A DNA stretch of 64,000 nt from an uncultured Candidatus Rokubacteria bacterium (GCA_963754315.1 CAVWFS010000016.1:32001-96000), one strand, 5' to 3'. Positions 37,625 to 48,387 are shown, numbered from the stretch's first letter. A program made the numbers and translations. The notes: generated from the letters alone by a model not told the origin.

Positions 37625-39382
37625 TCAGGCGCGGCCGGCCGACACCTCGTCGGCGGATGGGGCCAAACTCATCTCAGCCTCCGCCTTCTCGAGCCAGAAC
37701 CGCATGTCCATCTCGCGGTACATCGTCGTTGCGGTGGTGAGGTGTTCCTGGGCTTCCGCATGTCGATCGGTGCGCTGGTAGAGCGTGCTGAGGCCGAGGT
37801 GGCAGTGGGCGACGAGGGGGCGCATGCCACGCGGCTCGGCGAGCGCCAGCGCCTTGCGGTACTGCTGTCTCGCCGCGTCTCGGCATCGAACCGGTCGGGA
37901 TGGGTGGCGATGTCGCCGAGCAGATGTAGCGCATGGGCCGCGAACCCGGGCTGAGACTGATTGGCCTCGACCGCCCGGTTGCCCAGGTTCCGCGCCTCGT
38001 CGAGCCGGCCGAGCAGCAGGCAGGCGCGTCCCAGCGAGTGGTAGGTCCCGCGGCCGCCCGCACCGGGTCCCGTCGCGTAGAGGCGCTCGATGAGTTGCTC
38101 GCTTTCCCGGAGCCGGTTCAGCGCCTCGCTCGGACTCGCCCAGCTGCGCCAGGACCCAGGCGGAGTTCGCGAGAGCAGCAAGCAGGTTGGCGACGTTCGC
38201 CGTCCTGAGCACCGCGATCGCGTGCTCGATCAGTGAGCGCGCCCGCGCCGACTCGCGCCTTGTGAAGGTGGAGCGAGCCAGCGGAGCTGTACGCCAGACC
38301 GATGATGTGCGCATGCTGCGTCGCCTCTGCGAGCCTGATCATCTCGGCTTCGTACGGAGCCGCCTCGTCGAATCCGCCGAGATGAGCCAGGCTCAAGACC
38401 AGCCAGTGGCGATCGTAAACTGATGGCGGCGCCGCGTCCGAACAGATGCTCGTAGACCCAATCGGCAGGCAGGGCCGCGAGGTTCTCGGTGGCCAGCTCG
38501 ACCGCCCTGCGCGTACTCGCCCCGGAAGTAGTGCGCCTGCTCGAGAAAGCTCGTGGTGAGGATGCGAGTCTCAAGTCCCCAAGGCGCCCCGCGATCTCCA
38601 GCGCGCGGCCCCCGTAGGCAAGCGCTTCGTCCAGCTCGCCGAGTTGGGAGTGGATGTTCGCCATGAACGCGCAGACCCGGCCCCGCCGGCTGTCGTCGTT
38701 CAACCGCTCGGCGAGGGCCTCGGCCTCGCATAGGCGCGCCCGGGCCAACCGGATTTCACCGCACAAGCTCAGCACCGTTCGCAGCTCGAGGCGGATCTCG
38801 AAGGCCTGCTCCAGCGAGAACCGGCTCTCGGGCAGATGCGCCAACGCTGCCAGTGCGCGCTCGAAGCAGGCAAGCGCTTCCCGGTTGGCCGAGCGTTTAA
38901 CGGCTCTTGCTCCGGCCCAGCTGAGATGGACGACAGCCTGGTCCCAGACCTCGCCTTCAGAGTAATGCAGACCGAGCGCGAGATGATGCGGCGCCAGGTT
39001 CTCCGCGTGGAGTGTCGCCAGCGCCTCAGCCACACGGCGGTGTAGCACCTTGCGGCGGGGCGCGAGGATCCGGCTGTACGTCACCTCACGCACCCGATCG
39101 TGCGTGAAGTCAAGGCGCTCGCCCACGCTAGGAGCAGGCGACGGCGGGTCAGCTCCTCGACGGCCCGCGCCACCTCCTCCTCGCCAAGTCCGGAGAGGTT
39201 CTGGAGCAGAGCGAACTCGAAATCGCGCCCCACGACGGAGGCCTGCGTCACCAGCTCGCGGCTCTGCTCGCCGAGCCGATCGAGCTGGCGGCCAATGATG
39301 TCACTGACACGTTCAGGGAGGGGCAGCTCCTCGAGCCCCGGGGAGAGCGCGCGCTGGGTGGCAGCCCGAATCGCCTCGACCA
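37625..39382 (-). pseudogene. C-terminal part of a STAND-type ATPase/TPR regulator, frameshifted and 5'-truncated
   Basis: ASVVGRDFEF, DFTHDRVREVTY, RSANREA, EPRGMRPLVAHCHLGL, MYREMDMRFWLEKAE. Confidence 0.75.
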
Positions 39383-40430
39383 GACTTCGAGCTGAGGCTC
39401 CCGACGACCACCTGGAACGGGAAGTTCTACAACGCTGGCGGCGGAGGGTTTGCGGGCTTCATCAACTTCCCCGAGACCTCGAACGTCGCGCTGGCCCGCG
39501 GCTACGCGGTCATAGGGACGGACACCGGTCACGTCGGCGCGCCTCCAGCCCCGGGGCTGGACGGGTCGTGGGCGCTCGGCCGTCCCGACCGACAGCTCAA
39601 CTTTGGCCACCGCGCGATCCATGTGGTCACGCTGGCGGGCAAGCAGATCACGACTGCGGCCTACGGTCAGGCGCCCCAGTACTCATATTTCGAGGGGTGT
39701 TCCACCGGCGGCCGTCAGGCGGCGATGGAAGCGCAGCGCTATCCGACGACTTCCACGGCATCATCGCCGGCGCGCCCGCGCTCGACTATAGCGGGCTCAT
39801 GCTCGGTTTGAACTGGAACGCACAGGCGCTGCAGGGGACGCCGCTCCCCCGGGTAAGCTCACGGTCATCGCCAACGCGGTCCTCGCGCAGTGCGACGGCA
39901 AGGACGGCCTGCTCGACGGCATCGTCGAGAACCCGCGCCGGTGCAAGTTCGATCCCGCCGTGCTCGCGTGCCCAGGCGGTGTCGACGGGCCGAATTGCCT
40001 CACGTCGGCCCAGGTCGAGGCCGTGAGTCTGATCTACGGGGGGCCGGTGAATTCGGCCAGAGAGCAGCTCCACCTCGGGTTTCCGCCAGGCCACGAAGAT
40101 GGCCCAACCGGCTGGCAGCTGTGGATCTCCGGGCCCACCTTCTTCGGCGCGTCGTTTCGTTCATCATCCAGGACCACTTCTTCCGCTTCGTCGTCTTCTC
40201 CGATCCCGCCTACAACCCCCTGACATTCGACTTCGACACCGACATCTCCCAGGTCGCCGCGACCGCCGAGATCTTCGATGCTACTAGCCCTGACCTCTCG
40301 ACCTTCAAGGCGGCCGGCGGGAAGCTCCTCATGTGGCATGGCGTAGCCGATCCGGCCCTTACCTCCGACCGCACGATCCAGTACTACAACGACGTCACGA
40401 AGGCGATGGGCAATAAGAACAAGAGCAGAT
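39383..40430 (+). pseudogene. Tannase/feruloyl esterase family fragment, both ends missing, frameshifted
   Basis: FELRLP..WNGKF..GGGGFAG, TDTGH, GCSTGGRQ, DGKDGLLDG, GGKLLMWHG.AD. Confidence 0.8.
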
Positions 40431-40795
40431 CAGAAGAGTTTGGTCGGGTCCTGGATCGTCGACGGAACACCCGATCCGCCAGGGTCACCCCCGTTCAGGG
40501 CCCTCGTGACGTTCACCTCGGACGGTCAATCGGTCAACTCAGACCCCGAATTCGGGGGCGGGTCACGGGATCTGGAAGAAGATCGGCCCGCGGGAGGCCA
40601 AGAGCTAAGTTCGTCACCTTGATCCCGGTGGGCCACCCATTGGGGGAAGGGTCAATCACAGTGATCTCGACCGGGGCAGTCGATAAGGATGGGGACACGC
40701 CAACGGCAAACTTCACGACCGTGATCGACACGACCAACTTGCAGACGACCGTCACCGGGACGGCAGCGCTGACCCGGATCAAGTTCGGTCCGTAG
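40431..40795 (+). pseudogene. Fragment of a beta-rich hypothetical protein
   Basis: VGSWIV...ALVTFTSDG.../...VTGTAALTRIKFGP*; no clear start, frameshifted. Confidence 0.4.
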
Positions 40796-41006
40796 CGGAC
40801 GGAACGCGCCGCGTCGCCAGGTCGCCGACACCTTGGACCGGGCGCGGCGCGCAACGCCTTGGCATCGGCATGCTCGACCGCGGCACGAATGGGCTGGTTC
40901 GCAGATAACCGATGGCCGGTATCGCGCTGACACGATCTGGGACGGGCCGGAACACGGGGATCGCGATCTCGGCAATATGACCTTGAGCGCCCAAGATCGT
41001 CCGTGA

Positions 41007-41252
41007 TCAGCCCGCGTACCAGTACGTCCGGAGATGGTCTTCTGGAATGAATCGAGACGCTTGGCGCAGGATCGCGCGGCAGGTTCCTGTGTCCAGCTGG
41101 CGATGGGCAGGCACGGTGAGCGTCTGAGTTATGCTGTCGGGAAGGACCCGACGGAGCTTGACGTGACTGCCACGCTGGGAGTGGACCGTGAAGCCGAAAC
41201 GGCCGAGGATCGCGACAATCTCCGCGCCGGAGAGGCGCCGGAGACTAGGCAT
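41007..41252 (-). CDS. hicA: HicA family toxin
   Basis: LGRFGF..HSQRGSHVKL...TVPAH..L..GT..AILRQA. Confidence 0.9.
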   Translation of the reverse strand: MPSLRRLSGAEIVAILGRFGFTVHSQRGSHVKLRRVLPDSITQTLTVPAHRQLDTGTCRAILRQASRFIPEDHLRTYWYAG

Positions 41253-41481
41253 TCGCCGGTGTCAGCTCCATCGTGACGATGATCGTGGGGTGAGGGGCAA
41301 GTCCCAGGGTGTTCAGGTCTTCGCCTTCAAGGTGAAGGCCGATGGCCTCCTGCAAGTTCCTAGTGACCTCGTCCAGCGTCGCCCCCTGCGTGACGACGGG
41401 GACCTCGAGACATTCGGCTACATATCCCGACTGCTCACCGGGGCGGATGACTGCCTTGATGGTACGTTGAAGCTTGTCCAT
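41245..41481 (-). CDS. hicB: Short HicB family antitoxin (no DNA-binding domain)
   Basis: GYVAECLEVPVVTQGATLDEVTRNLQEAIGLHLE. Confidence 0.9.
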   Translation of the reverse strand: MDKLQRTIKAVIRPGEQSGYVAECLEVPVVTQGATLDEVTRNLQEAIGLHLEGEDLNTLGLAPHPTIIVTMELTPANA

Positions 41482-41523
41482 AAGTGCGCGCGCGCACTCA
41501 GTATATAGAGGTGACCGAGTTGG

Positions 41524-41775
41524 CTACCGTGCCAGACTGCGGCGCGTCCGGCCCGGGCGTTTCTTCGAGGGCTTCCCGTCCCGGAACAACTGGTTCAGCA
41601 GCTCTTGTGAACGACGACGAACGAGTTCGCGGATTGTCCGGCGAAAGGTGTCGTCGGCGAGCGCGTCGCGGGCAATCTCTTCCGCGATCCGATCCACCGC
41701 GACGCTGACGCTACCCACGAGACTCTGTCCGACCCGCTCATCAACGATACGTTCGAGCATGGTGCGCCGAGCCAC
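41524..41775 (-). CDS. Small hypothetical protein
   Basis: 83-aa helical ORF; TAAACT-N6-GTG upstream. Confidence 0.55.
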   Translation of the reverse strand: MARRTMLERIVDERVGQSLVGSVSVAVDRIAEEIARDALADDTFRRTIRELVRRRSQELLNQLFRDGKPSKKRPGRTRRSLAR

Positions 41776-41994
41776 GGGCGAAGTTTACCATGCGCCTCTC
41801 GTGAAGGTACCGAACGCGGCCGAGAGCGTCGGGATTCTCCAAAGCTTGATGAGGCGCGAGCCGCCGGGGGGTGGCGAGGGAGTGTGGAGAGGGCAGACGT
41901 GGTGGCGGGATCCTTGGGCAAATCGTGATTGCTGACACCAGGGCTCGGTGCGATAAGAACATCCGCGAGGCGAATCTCGGAGAAGGAGGCGACG

Positions 41995-42979
41995 ATGGCT
42001 CTCGGCGCGTTGTCATGGTCGTGATGCCGTGTGCCGAGGTGGTCGAGGTGGGCGGGGCCCTCGATATCTTCCACGCCGTCAACGAGCGCCTCGCCCGCGC
42101 GCGGGCCGCCGACCAGGGCTATGCCGTGGAGGCCGTGTCGCAAGTCGCAGCGATCGGCTCCTGGCCGGGGCTCCGGATGATCGCCGACCACTCGTATCGT
42201 CAGGTCCGAGGCCCCATCGATACCCTCATCGTTACGGCATCGACGGGCCGCACGCATGCCGCCGGGATCCGGATCCTCATCGGCTGGCTGACGCGGATTG
42301 CCCCCCGCACCTGGCGGGTCGTTAGCCTCTGCACCGGCACGTTCGTGCTGGCCGAGGACGGACTGCTCGACGGGCGTAGCGCCACGACGCACTGGGCGTT
42401 CTGTGACGAACTGGCGCGGCGCTATCCCCGCCGTCAGGGTCGCAGAACGATCCCATCTAAGCTGCGCGATGGCGGTGTGTACACCTCGGCAGTCAGCACG
42501 GCAGGCCTGGGATCTCGACGCTGGCCCTCGTGGAAGAGGACCTCGGCCGCCGCCTGGCGCTGGCCGGTGGCGCAGTGGATGGTTGTCTTCCTCAAGCGGC
42601 CGAGCGGGCAGGAGCAGTTCAGTGCTCAGCTTTCGACCGCAAATGGCCGAGCGCGACCCGCTGCGTGACCTCCAGGCCCGAATCTCGGCACCAGGCCGCG
42701 GACCTGTCTGTCGAAGCCCGGCGCGGCGCGTCGCGATGAGCCCGCGGAACTTCTTCCGGGTCTTCATGCGCGAGGTGGGCATGACGCCTGGGCGCTTCGT
42801 GGAGCGCGTGCGCGTGGAGACGGCACGGCGACTACTCGAGGAGACCTCGCGCGATGTCCCGGCGCGCCGCCGCGTGCGGGTTCGGCAGTCCGGAGACCAT
42901 GCGCGTGGCGTTTCGGCGCACGCTCGGGATCAGCCCGAAGGGCTATCGCAGTCGCTTCGCCACAACGGCGGCCTCGTAG
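41995..42979 (+). CDS. GlxA-family (DJ-1/PfpI + AraC HTH) regulator, multiple frameshifts
   Basis: AAGGAGG SD; SLCTGTFVLAE.GLLDGRSATTHW, KRPSGQEQFS, MSPRNFFRVF, RVETARRLLE. Confidence 0.85.
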
Positions 42980-43005
42980 TCGGCGGCACGGAAGGGGGGG
43001 CAATC

Positions 43006-44406
43006 ATGGCCGACGTGACCCTGACCACAATCGTGGGTGATGCAACCTCGTCAAAGAATTCGGCCATCGCGGAGTACAAGCTGCATGTCCGCGGAGAACT
43101 GCTCGGGCCAAGGATAGCGGCTACGACGACACTCGCCGGGTTTGGAACGCGATGATCGATAGAAGACCCGCCCTGATCACCCGCTGCACGGGAGCGGCCG
43201 ACGTCATGGCCGCTGTGCACTTCGCGCGCGAGCATGATCTCCTCGTCTCGATTCGGGGGGGTGGTCATAACGTCGCGGGCAACGCCGTCTGTGACGGGGG
43301 GCTGATGATCGATCTGCTCGCGCATGAAGAGCATACGCGTGGACCCCGTCGCGAGGACGGCGCGTGCCGAACCGGGCGTGCTTTGGGGCGAGTTCGACCG
43401 GGAGACACAGGCCTTCGGCCTGCCACCACCGGCGGCCTCGATCTCGAGCGACAGGCATCGACGGGCTCACTCTCGGCGGCGGCCAGGGCTGGCTAGCAGT
43501 AAGCATGGCTTCACGATCGACAACCTGCTCTCGGTTGACGTGGTGACAGCCGAAGGGAATTTCCTCACGGCCAGGGCCAGCGAGAACGAGGAGTTGTTCT
43601 GGGCCATGCGTGGGGCCGGACACAACTTCGGCGTTGCGACGTCGTTCGAGTACCGGCTCCATCCGGTCGGCTCCGTCCTGGGTGGGATGACCGTCCACCC
43701 CTTCGACCGAGCCACGAACGTCTTGCGCTTCTACCGGGAATTCGCCGCCGATCTGCAGACGAGCTGACTACGGGAGTGGGGATCCTACCCGGACCTGACG
43801 GAAACCTCGCGGTCGCGATGGTCGCCTGCTATACGGGGTCGCTCGAGCAGGGCAGGCGCGTCTCGGCGCCGCCTGCGCGCGCTCGGGCCGCCCCTCGTCG
43901 ATACGATCGCACCTGTCCCCTGCACCACCGAGCAGACAATGATGGACGCCGCTTTCCCGTACGGGCGCCTCAACTACTGGAGATCCGTGCTGACCGATGA
44001 GCTCAACGACGAAGTGATTGCGGCGCTGGTCTACTTTGGTGCGCGGAGGCCGTCGCCGCTTTCGGCGATCCCGATCATGGACTTCCACGGCGCCTACCGC
44101 CGGGTGGGCAAGACCGACATGGCCTACGATCACCGCGATCTCCGGTACGATATCGTCATCGCGGCCAACTGGATCGAACGGGCTGACTCGGAGCGAAACG
44201 TGCGGTGGACGCGCGAGCTCTACGAGGCCCTCCCGAGCCACACCTGCCGCGCGGCGATGTACGTGAACGACCTCGACTGCGACGAGGGCGCCGACAGGAT
44301 CGGGCACGCTTACGGCGAGAACTACGAGCGACTCGCGACACTCAAGAGGAAGTATGACCCAACGAACTTCTTCCGCGTGAATCAGAACATCAGGCCGGCA
44401 CTGTGA
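43006..44406 (+). CDS. FAD-binding oxidoreductase with BBE domain, multiple frameshifts
   Basis: IDRRPALI, RGGGHNVAG, GLTLGGG, LFWAMRGAG.NFGV, YVN, KRKYDPTNFFRVNQNI. Confidence 0.88.
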
Positions 44407-44627
44407 CGGTATCCCGAGACATCGCGACGGCGACTGCCCATGTCGGCAGCCAGGAACTTCCAAGGGGGGCATGAGGCAGTGCGCGCGGGCGGAGAGGATG
44501 TCGCCCCGGACCTCACGATGCGTGCGGCTCGCGTCGTCGAGGTCCGGAGCTCCCACATGACTTCCAGGGGCGCAGGGGTTATCCCCGAGCGCACCAGCGT
44601 CTGAGAAGCCTGCGGCGAGGCGCCCGA

Positions 44628-45092
44628 TCAACCGGTCAGCGCGGCCAGGACGTCGTCCGGGTGCTTTTCCGCCTTGGCGACTCGCTTCCAGTGCTTCTTC
44701 ACCTTGCCGTCGGGACCGATCCACACGGTGGAGCGGATGACGCCCATGGTCTTCCTTCCGTACATCATCTTCTCGCCGTAGGCCCCGTAGGCTGTCATGA
44801 CCTTGCGGTCCGGATCCGACAGGAGCCTGAACGGAAGCCGGTACTTGGTGGCGAACTTCCGGTGAGACTCGGCGCCGTCGGCCGACACCCCCAGCACCAC
44901 CGCACCCAACTTGCCGAGTGCCTTGTCCTGGTCGCGAAAGCCGCAGGCCTCTTTGGTGCAGCCGGGTGTGTCGTCCTTCGGGTAGAAGTATAGGATCACG
45001 TTCCGGCCGGCGAAGTCCTTGAGCGCGACACGCTTGCCGTCGGCATCGGTCAACGTGAAGTCGGGGGCTGCTTTGCCCTCCTGGATGGCCAT
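44628..45092 (-). CDS. bcp: Peroxiredoxin Bcp/PrxQ
   Basis: YFYPKDDTPGCTKEAC, GVSAD, LLSDPD. Confidence 0.95.
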   Translation of the reverse strand: MAIQEGKAAPDFTLTDADGKRVALKDFAGRNVILYFYPKDDTPGCTKEACGFRDQDKALGKLGAVVLGVSADGAESHRKFATKYRLPFRLLSDPDRKVMTAYGAYGEKMMYGRKTMGVIRSTVWIGPDGKVKKHWKRVAKAEKHPDDVLAALTG

Positions 45093-45105
45093 GGGGATCC
45101 TCCGT

Positions 45106-45531
45106 CTAGACGAACGGGTTAATGGCGCGAACGGTACCGTAGAACCGTTCGTGCTGGAAATCCTCGGAGATCAGCTCGGAGAGGCCGTACTCCTCCGCGT
45201 AGGCCCAGAGGTGGGCGTCGAACCAGCCAAGTTGATACGTGGCCCATCCCCGGATCGCGGTGCGCACAAGCGAGGCCGTCGGGTAGAGAACGACGAACTC
45301 CCGGAGGATCTCCTCGGCCTCGCGCCGAGCGTCCTCGGCAGACAACAGTGGGTGTCCGTGCACCAGTGGCCTGGTGACGGCCGCCACGAACTCGATAATG
45401 GCCTGGTGCGGAATCCGCACGTGATCGTCGGCAAGGCCGCGGCGGAGGAGACTGGTGGCTACCTCCTGCTTGTCGGGGAAGCGAGGGTCGTAGCGATAAA
45501 CGAGAACGTTACTGTCAACGAGGGCGGGCAC
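45106..45531 (-). CDS. PIN domain toxin
   Basis: LVDSNVLVY, QAIIEF, WFDAHLWA, ISEDFQH, INPF. Confidence 0.88.
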   Translation of the reverse strand: MPALVDSNVLVYRYDPRFPDKQEVATSLLRRGLADDHVRIPHQAIIEFVAAVTRPLVHGHPLLSAEDARREAEEILREFVVLYPTASLVRTAIRGWATYQLGWFDAHLWAYAEEYGLSELISEDFQHERFYGTVRAINPFV

Positions 45532-45802
45532 GCTCGTACAGGTCGTCCCGTTTCCATCCTCGGTCACCTCCGGAACGGCGACCGACGCGGGGGGCCTGCC
45601 GGTGGCGCTGGCGCTCGGTCGCCGCGTCAAACAACCGAAGCCGGACTTCGAGGTCGGTGCTCGGCTCCACCCGATTCGGAGGCAGCACACGGATCGTATC
45701 CCCGGCGGCGACCCACTCGATCTCGTCTCCCGGCCTAATGCCGTAGCGGTCGGCAATAGCTTTGGGGACCGTGACCTGAAGCTTGCTGGTCACCTTGGCC
45801 AT
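45515..45802 (-). CDS. AbrB/MazE-family antitoxin
   Basis: MAKVTSKLQVTVPKAIADRYGIRPGDEI...WKRDDLYER. Confidence 0.9.
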   Translation of the reverse strand: MAKVTSKLQVTVPKAIADRYGIRPGDEIEWVAAGDTIRVLPPNRVEPSTDLEVRLRLFDAATERQRHRQAPRVGRRSGGDRGWKRDDLYERARPR

Positions 45803-45836
45803 GTCCTTACTCTATCAAGGACGCTGTCCTTGTCAA
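45803..45836 (-). promoter_or_regulatory. Sigma70 promoter with palindromic operator, leaderless start
   Basis: TTGACA-N16-TAGAGT-N6-ATG; CAAGGAC-GCT-GTCCTTG palindrome (45816-45832) plus a third AAGGAC half-site. Confidence 0.7.
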
Positions 45837-46183
45837 CGGGGCCGTGCCAACTGGGTCCTCCGGCTTGTCGGCGCCTGAGCGATGCTCGGACACCGCTGTC
45901 ACCTCTGGGCTGCTGCGTGCGCTCAGCCCGCGCGCGCCATGTCTAGGCGCAGAGCTGGTGCCGCGGGTGCGGTCTCCCCGAAGTAGTCGATATGGGAGTC
46001 AATCTGCCGAGGCCTGTCGGCCTTGACGAACAAGCTCCCGTGCTGCAAGGCGGCTCCCCCTCGGGGGGCGTGCGGTCGTGTCACATCCGTGCCGTATCTC
46101 TGTCGGTGGCTCATGTCGTTGCACCTCGTTAGCTTCGGCAAGGTGCAACAAGAAGGCCAACCAGGCCGGCTTCACCGGCGACG

Positions 46184-46822
46184 CTACTTCGGCCAGATTC
46201 GCTCGCTCACGATGTAGCGCTTGTTGTGGGTGTAAGGACGCACCTCGGGCTTCCAGCGGCCGATATCGGAGGTCTCGTTCCAGACGCGCGACATCGGCAG
46301 GTCGGTCCCCTGGACCTCGTAGGCGGCCAGGTAGCGTGGCTCGCCGGGCGTCTGGGTCCGGTAGCGGACGACGTTGACGGAACCGGGAAGCTTGAGCAAG
46401 AGGGGAACATGCTCGCTGTCGTAGAGCTCGTTGAAGAGCGCTTCCCGATGCGGCTCCACGTCCATCATGACCCAGAAGACGTATGGCGTGGAGTGGGTCA
46501 AGGTGGCGCTGCTGCCCACCCACTCGTACATGACGAGATGGCGATTCATGGTATGCGGACGTACGTCCTTCGACCAGCGGCCCAGCTCGCCTGCTTTCTT
46601 CCAGGCGGCGCTCTCGATGACGGCAGGGCTGTCGATCTCGTAGGCCGCCAGGTAGCGCGGATCGGTGGGCGACGGGTTGCGATAGCGACTGGCGCTGTGC
46701 ACACCGGGCACCGAGGCGAGGGCCGGGGCATGCTCGGTGTCGTAGATCTCGTTGAACATGGCCTCGTGGTCGTGGGCGACATCCATGCGGACCAGGTAGA
46801 GCGCACGCGGAGCCATCGCCAT
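46184..46822 (-). CDS. Tandem-duplicated EthD-like (dimeric alpha-beta barrel) protein
   Basis: Two copies of MDV..HE..FNE.YD.EH.P....PG.....RY.......RYLAAYE; GAGGAGG SD. Confidence 0.75.
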   Translation of the reverse strand: MAMAPRALYLVRMDVAHDHEAMFNEIYDTEHAPALASVPGVHSASRYRNPSPTDPRYLAAYEIDSPAVIESAAWKKAGELGRWSKDVRPHTMNRHLVMYEWVGSSATLTHSTPYVFWVMMDVEPHREALFNELYDSEHVPLLLKLPGSVNVVRYRTQTPGEPRYLAAYEVQGTDLPMSRVWNETSDIGRWKPEVRPYTHNKRYIVSERIWPK

Positions 46823-46836
46823 CCTCCTCCTCGCCG

Positions 46837-47223
46837 TCAAGCACGCGGTGAGTGGGTTATCCGTCGGTCGAGAAGCGCCTCGCCTTCCGCGAGAATCGTA
46901 TGGGCCATCCGGTCTCCCCTGGCGAGGCGCTCGTTGAGCTCCGCCTCGGTCCACGGGACGATGTCCACTCCCACCGGGAACCTCTCCGGCAGGTAGTCGA
47001 CGATGCGCTCGCGCGGAGGGCGAGGGTCGTCGCGAAGCACGACGAGAAGATCAAGGTCGCTGCCGGGGACGGCATTGCCGCGGGCAAAGGAGCCAAACAG
47101 GTAGACGGCGGCGACGTTGGGATCCGGCCGGTAGCGCTCTTCGATCAATTGTTCGAGCGCCCTACGAATCCTTGGTCGGTCCAGCGAGAAGACCTTCACA
47201 GTACCGAATGATCGCCTCAGCAT
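46837..47223 (-). CDS. Minimal nucleotidyltransferase (MNT); start may be GTG 47199
   Basis: YLFGSFARG....SDLDLLVV, VDIVPWT. Confidence 0.88.
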   Translation of the reverse strand: MLRRSFGTVKVFSLDRPRIRRALEQLIEERYRPDPNVAAVYLFGSFARGNAVPGSDLDLLVVLRDDPRPPRERIVDYLPERFPVGVDIVPWTEAELNERLARGDRMAHTILAEGEALLDRRITHSPRA

Positions 47224-47569
47224 CTGCGATCGCCTTCGTCGAATCCTCCGCGGTGTAGTAGTCCATGGGCGCCCCCGACGGGAACCCGTTGGGATAGCGG
47301 GTCGGGATGTAATGCTTGTCGAGGGCTTTCGCCTGGATCATAAGAGGGTCGACTGACGCTCGGTTCCCGAGGAGCGCCGTCAGCAGCTCGGACACGGTGT
47401 GACCCCACGCTTCCTCGCCGCGGGAATGAAAAACTGCCTTCAGCGCTTTCTCGGCTCCCTGATGCGCGGCGAAGCACGCCCACTCGTGGTCTCCTCCAGC
47501 GTTCGCCCGCCGCGCATGGTCTAGGTCGCGGCGGCCTTGGCGCAGCCAGTCGTCGCTTCGACTCGCCAT
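47162..47569 (-). CDS. HEPN domain protein
   Basis: WACFAAHQGAEKALKA, WGH, LDKHYIPTRYPN. Confidence 0.9.
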   Translation of the reverse strand: MASRSDDWLRQGRRDLDHARRANAGGDHEWACFAAHQGAEKALKAVFHSRGEEAWGHTVSELLTALLGNRASVDPLMIQAKALDKHYIPTRYPNGFPSGAPMDYYTAEDSTKAIADAEAIIRYCEGLLAGPTKDS

Positions 47570-47616
47570 TGAGCCAGCCTAGCATGGGGACGGGGGATCA
47601 CCGTCCCCCTCGAGAA

Positions 47617-48387
47617 CTACCGGGCGGTGTAGCCGCCGTCGACGGGCAGGGATACCCCGGTGACGTAGCTGGCGTCGTCGGAGACGAGGAAGAGTCCGGC
47701 CTGGGCGACCTCCATCGGCGTGCCGACGCGTCCAAGCGGAATGGCGGCCTTCATGCGCGCGAGATTCTCGTGCTTGTTGGCCTCGACGTCGGGGCGCCCC
47801 ATGAAGAGATCGAGCATCGGGGTGTCGATCGGCGCCGGGCAAACGCAGTTCACCCGAATGTTGTCGGCGGCCAGCCGGAGGGAGAGCGACTTCGTGAGAC
47901 CGGTGACGCCGAACTTTGCCGCCGAGTAGACCGGGCTGAACGGCGAGCCGTAGATTCCGGCGATCGAGCTGGTGAAGAGGATACTGCCGCCGCCCCGAGC
48001 GCGTAGAGCCGGGATCGCCTCTGTGGTCGTGACGAGAACGCTCCGTAGATTGAGCGTCATGGCCACGTCGTAGTCGTCCATGTCGACGTCTTCGATCCGG
48101 CCGGGTCCCGGATGGCCGACGTTGTTCCACACGATGTCGAGGCCGCCGAGCGCGCTGACCGCCTCGCGCACGATGCGTCGAGCATCGGCTTCTTTCGTCA
48201 GGTCGCACGGGATGCCGTGGGCGCGGCCGCCCGCCTTGGTGATCTCGGCCACGGTGTCGCCGATCCGACCCCGGTCGATATCGGCCACGGCCACCGTGGC
48301 CCCCTCTCGTGCGAAGAGAACCGCACCGGCGCGCCCGATTCCTGACGCCGCCGCCGTGATCAGCGCGAGCTTGCCCTTCAGCCGCAT
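47617..48387 (-). CDS. SDR family oxidoreductase
   Basis: ITAAASGIG, NNVG, YSAAK, IRVNCVCP, VDGG. Confidence 0.93.
   Translation of the reverse strand: MRLKGKLALITAAASGIGRAGAVLFAREGATVAVADIDRGRIGDTVAEITKAGGRAHGIPCDLTKEADARRIVREAVSALGGLDIVWNNVGHPGPGRIEDVDMDDYDVAMTLNLRSVLVTTTEAIPALRARGGGSILFTSSIAGIYGSPFSPVYSAAKFGVTGLTKSLSLRLAADNIRVNCVCPAPIDTPMLDLFMGRPDVEANKHENLARMKAAIPLGRVGTPMEVAQAGLFLVSDDASYVTGVSLPVDGGYTAR

Noticed and set aside
43765..43767. TGA in the FAD oxidoreductase as a second Sec codon
   Set aside because: Homology continues in another frame (DELTTGVG), with no Cys-type motif; a simple indel.
44407..44627. Short ORFs between the FAD oxidoreductase and bcp
   Set aside because: No motif or clear ribosome-binding site; unsupported.
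47162..47569. HEPN as an RNase defence effector
   Set aside because: No R-X4-6-H motif is evident; it fits the common HEPN-MNT pair.
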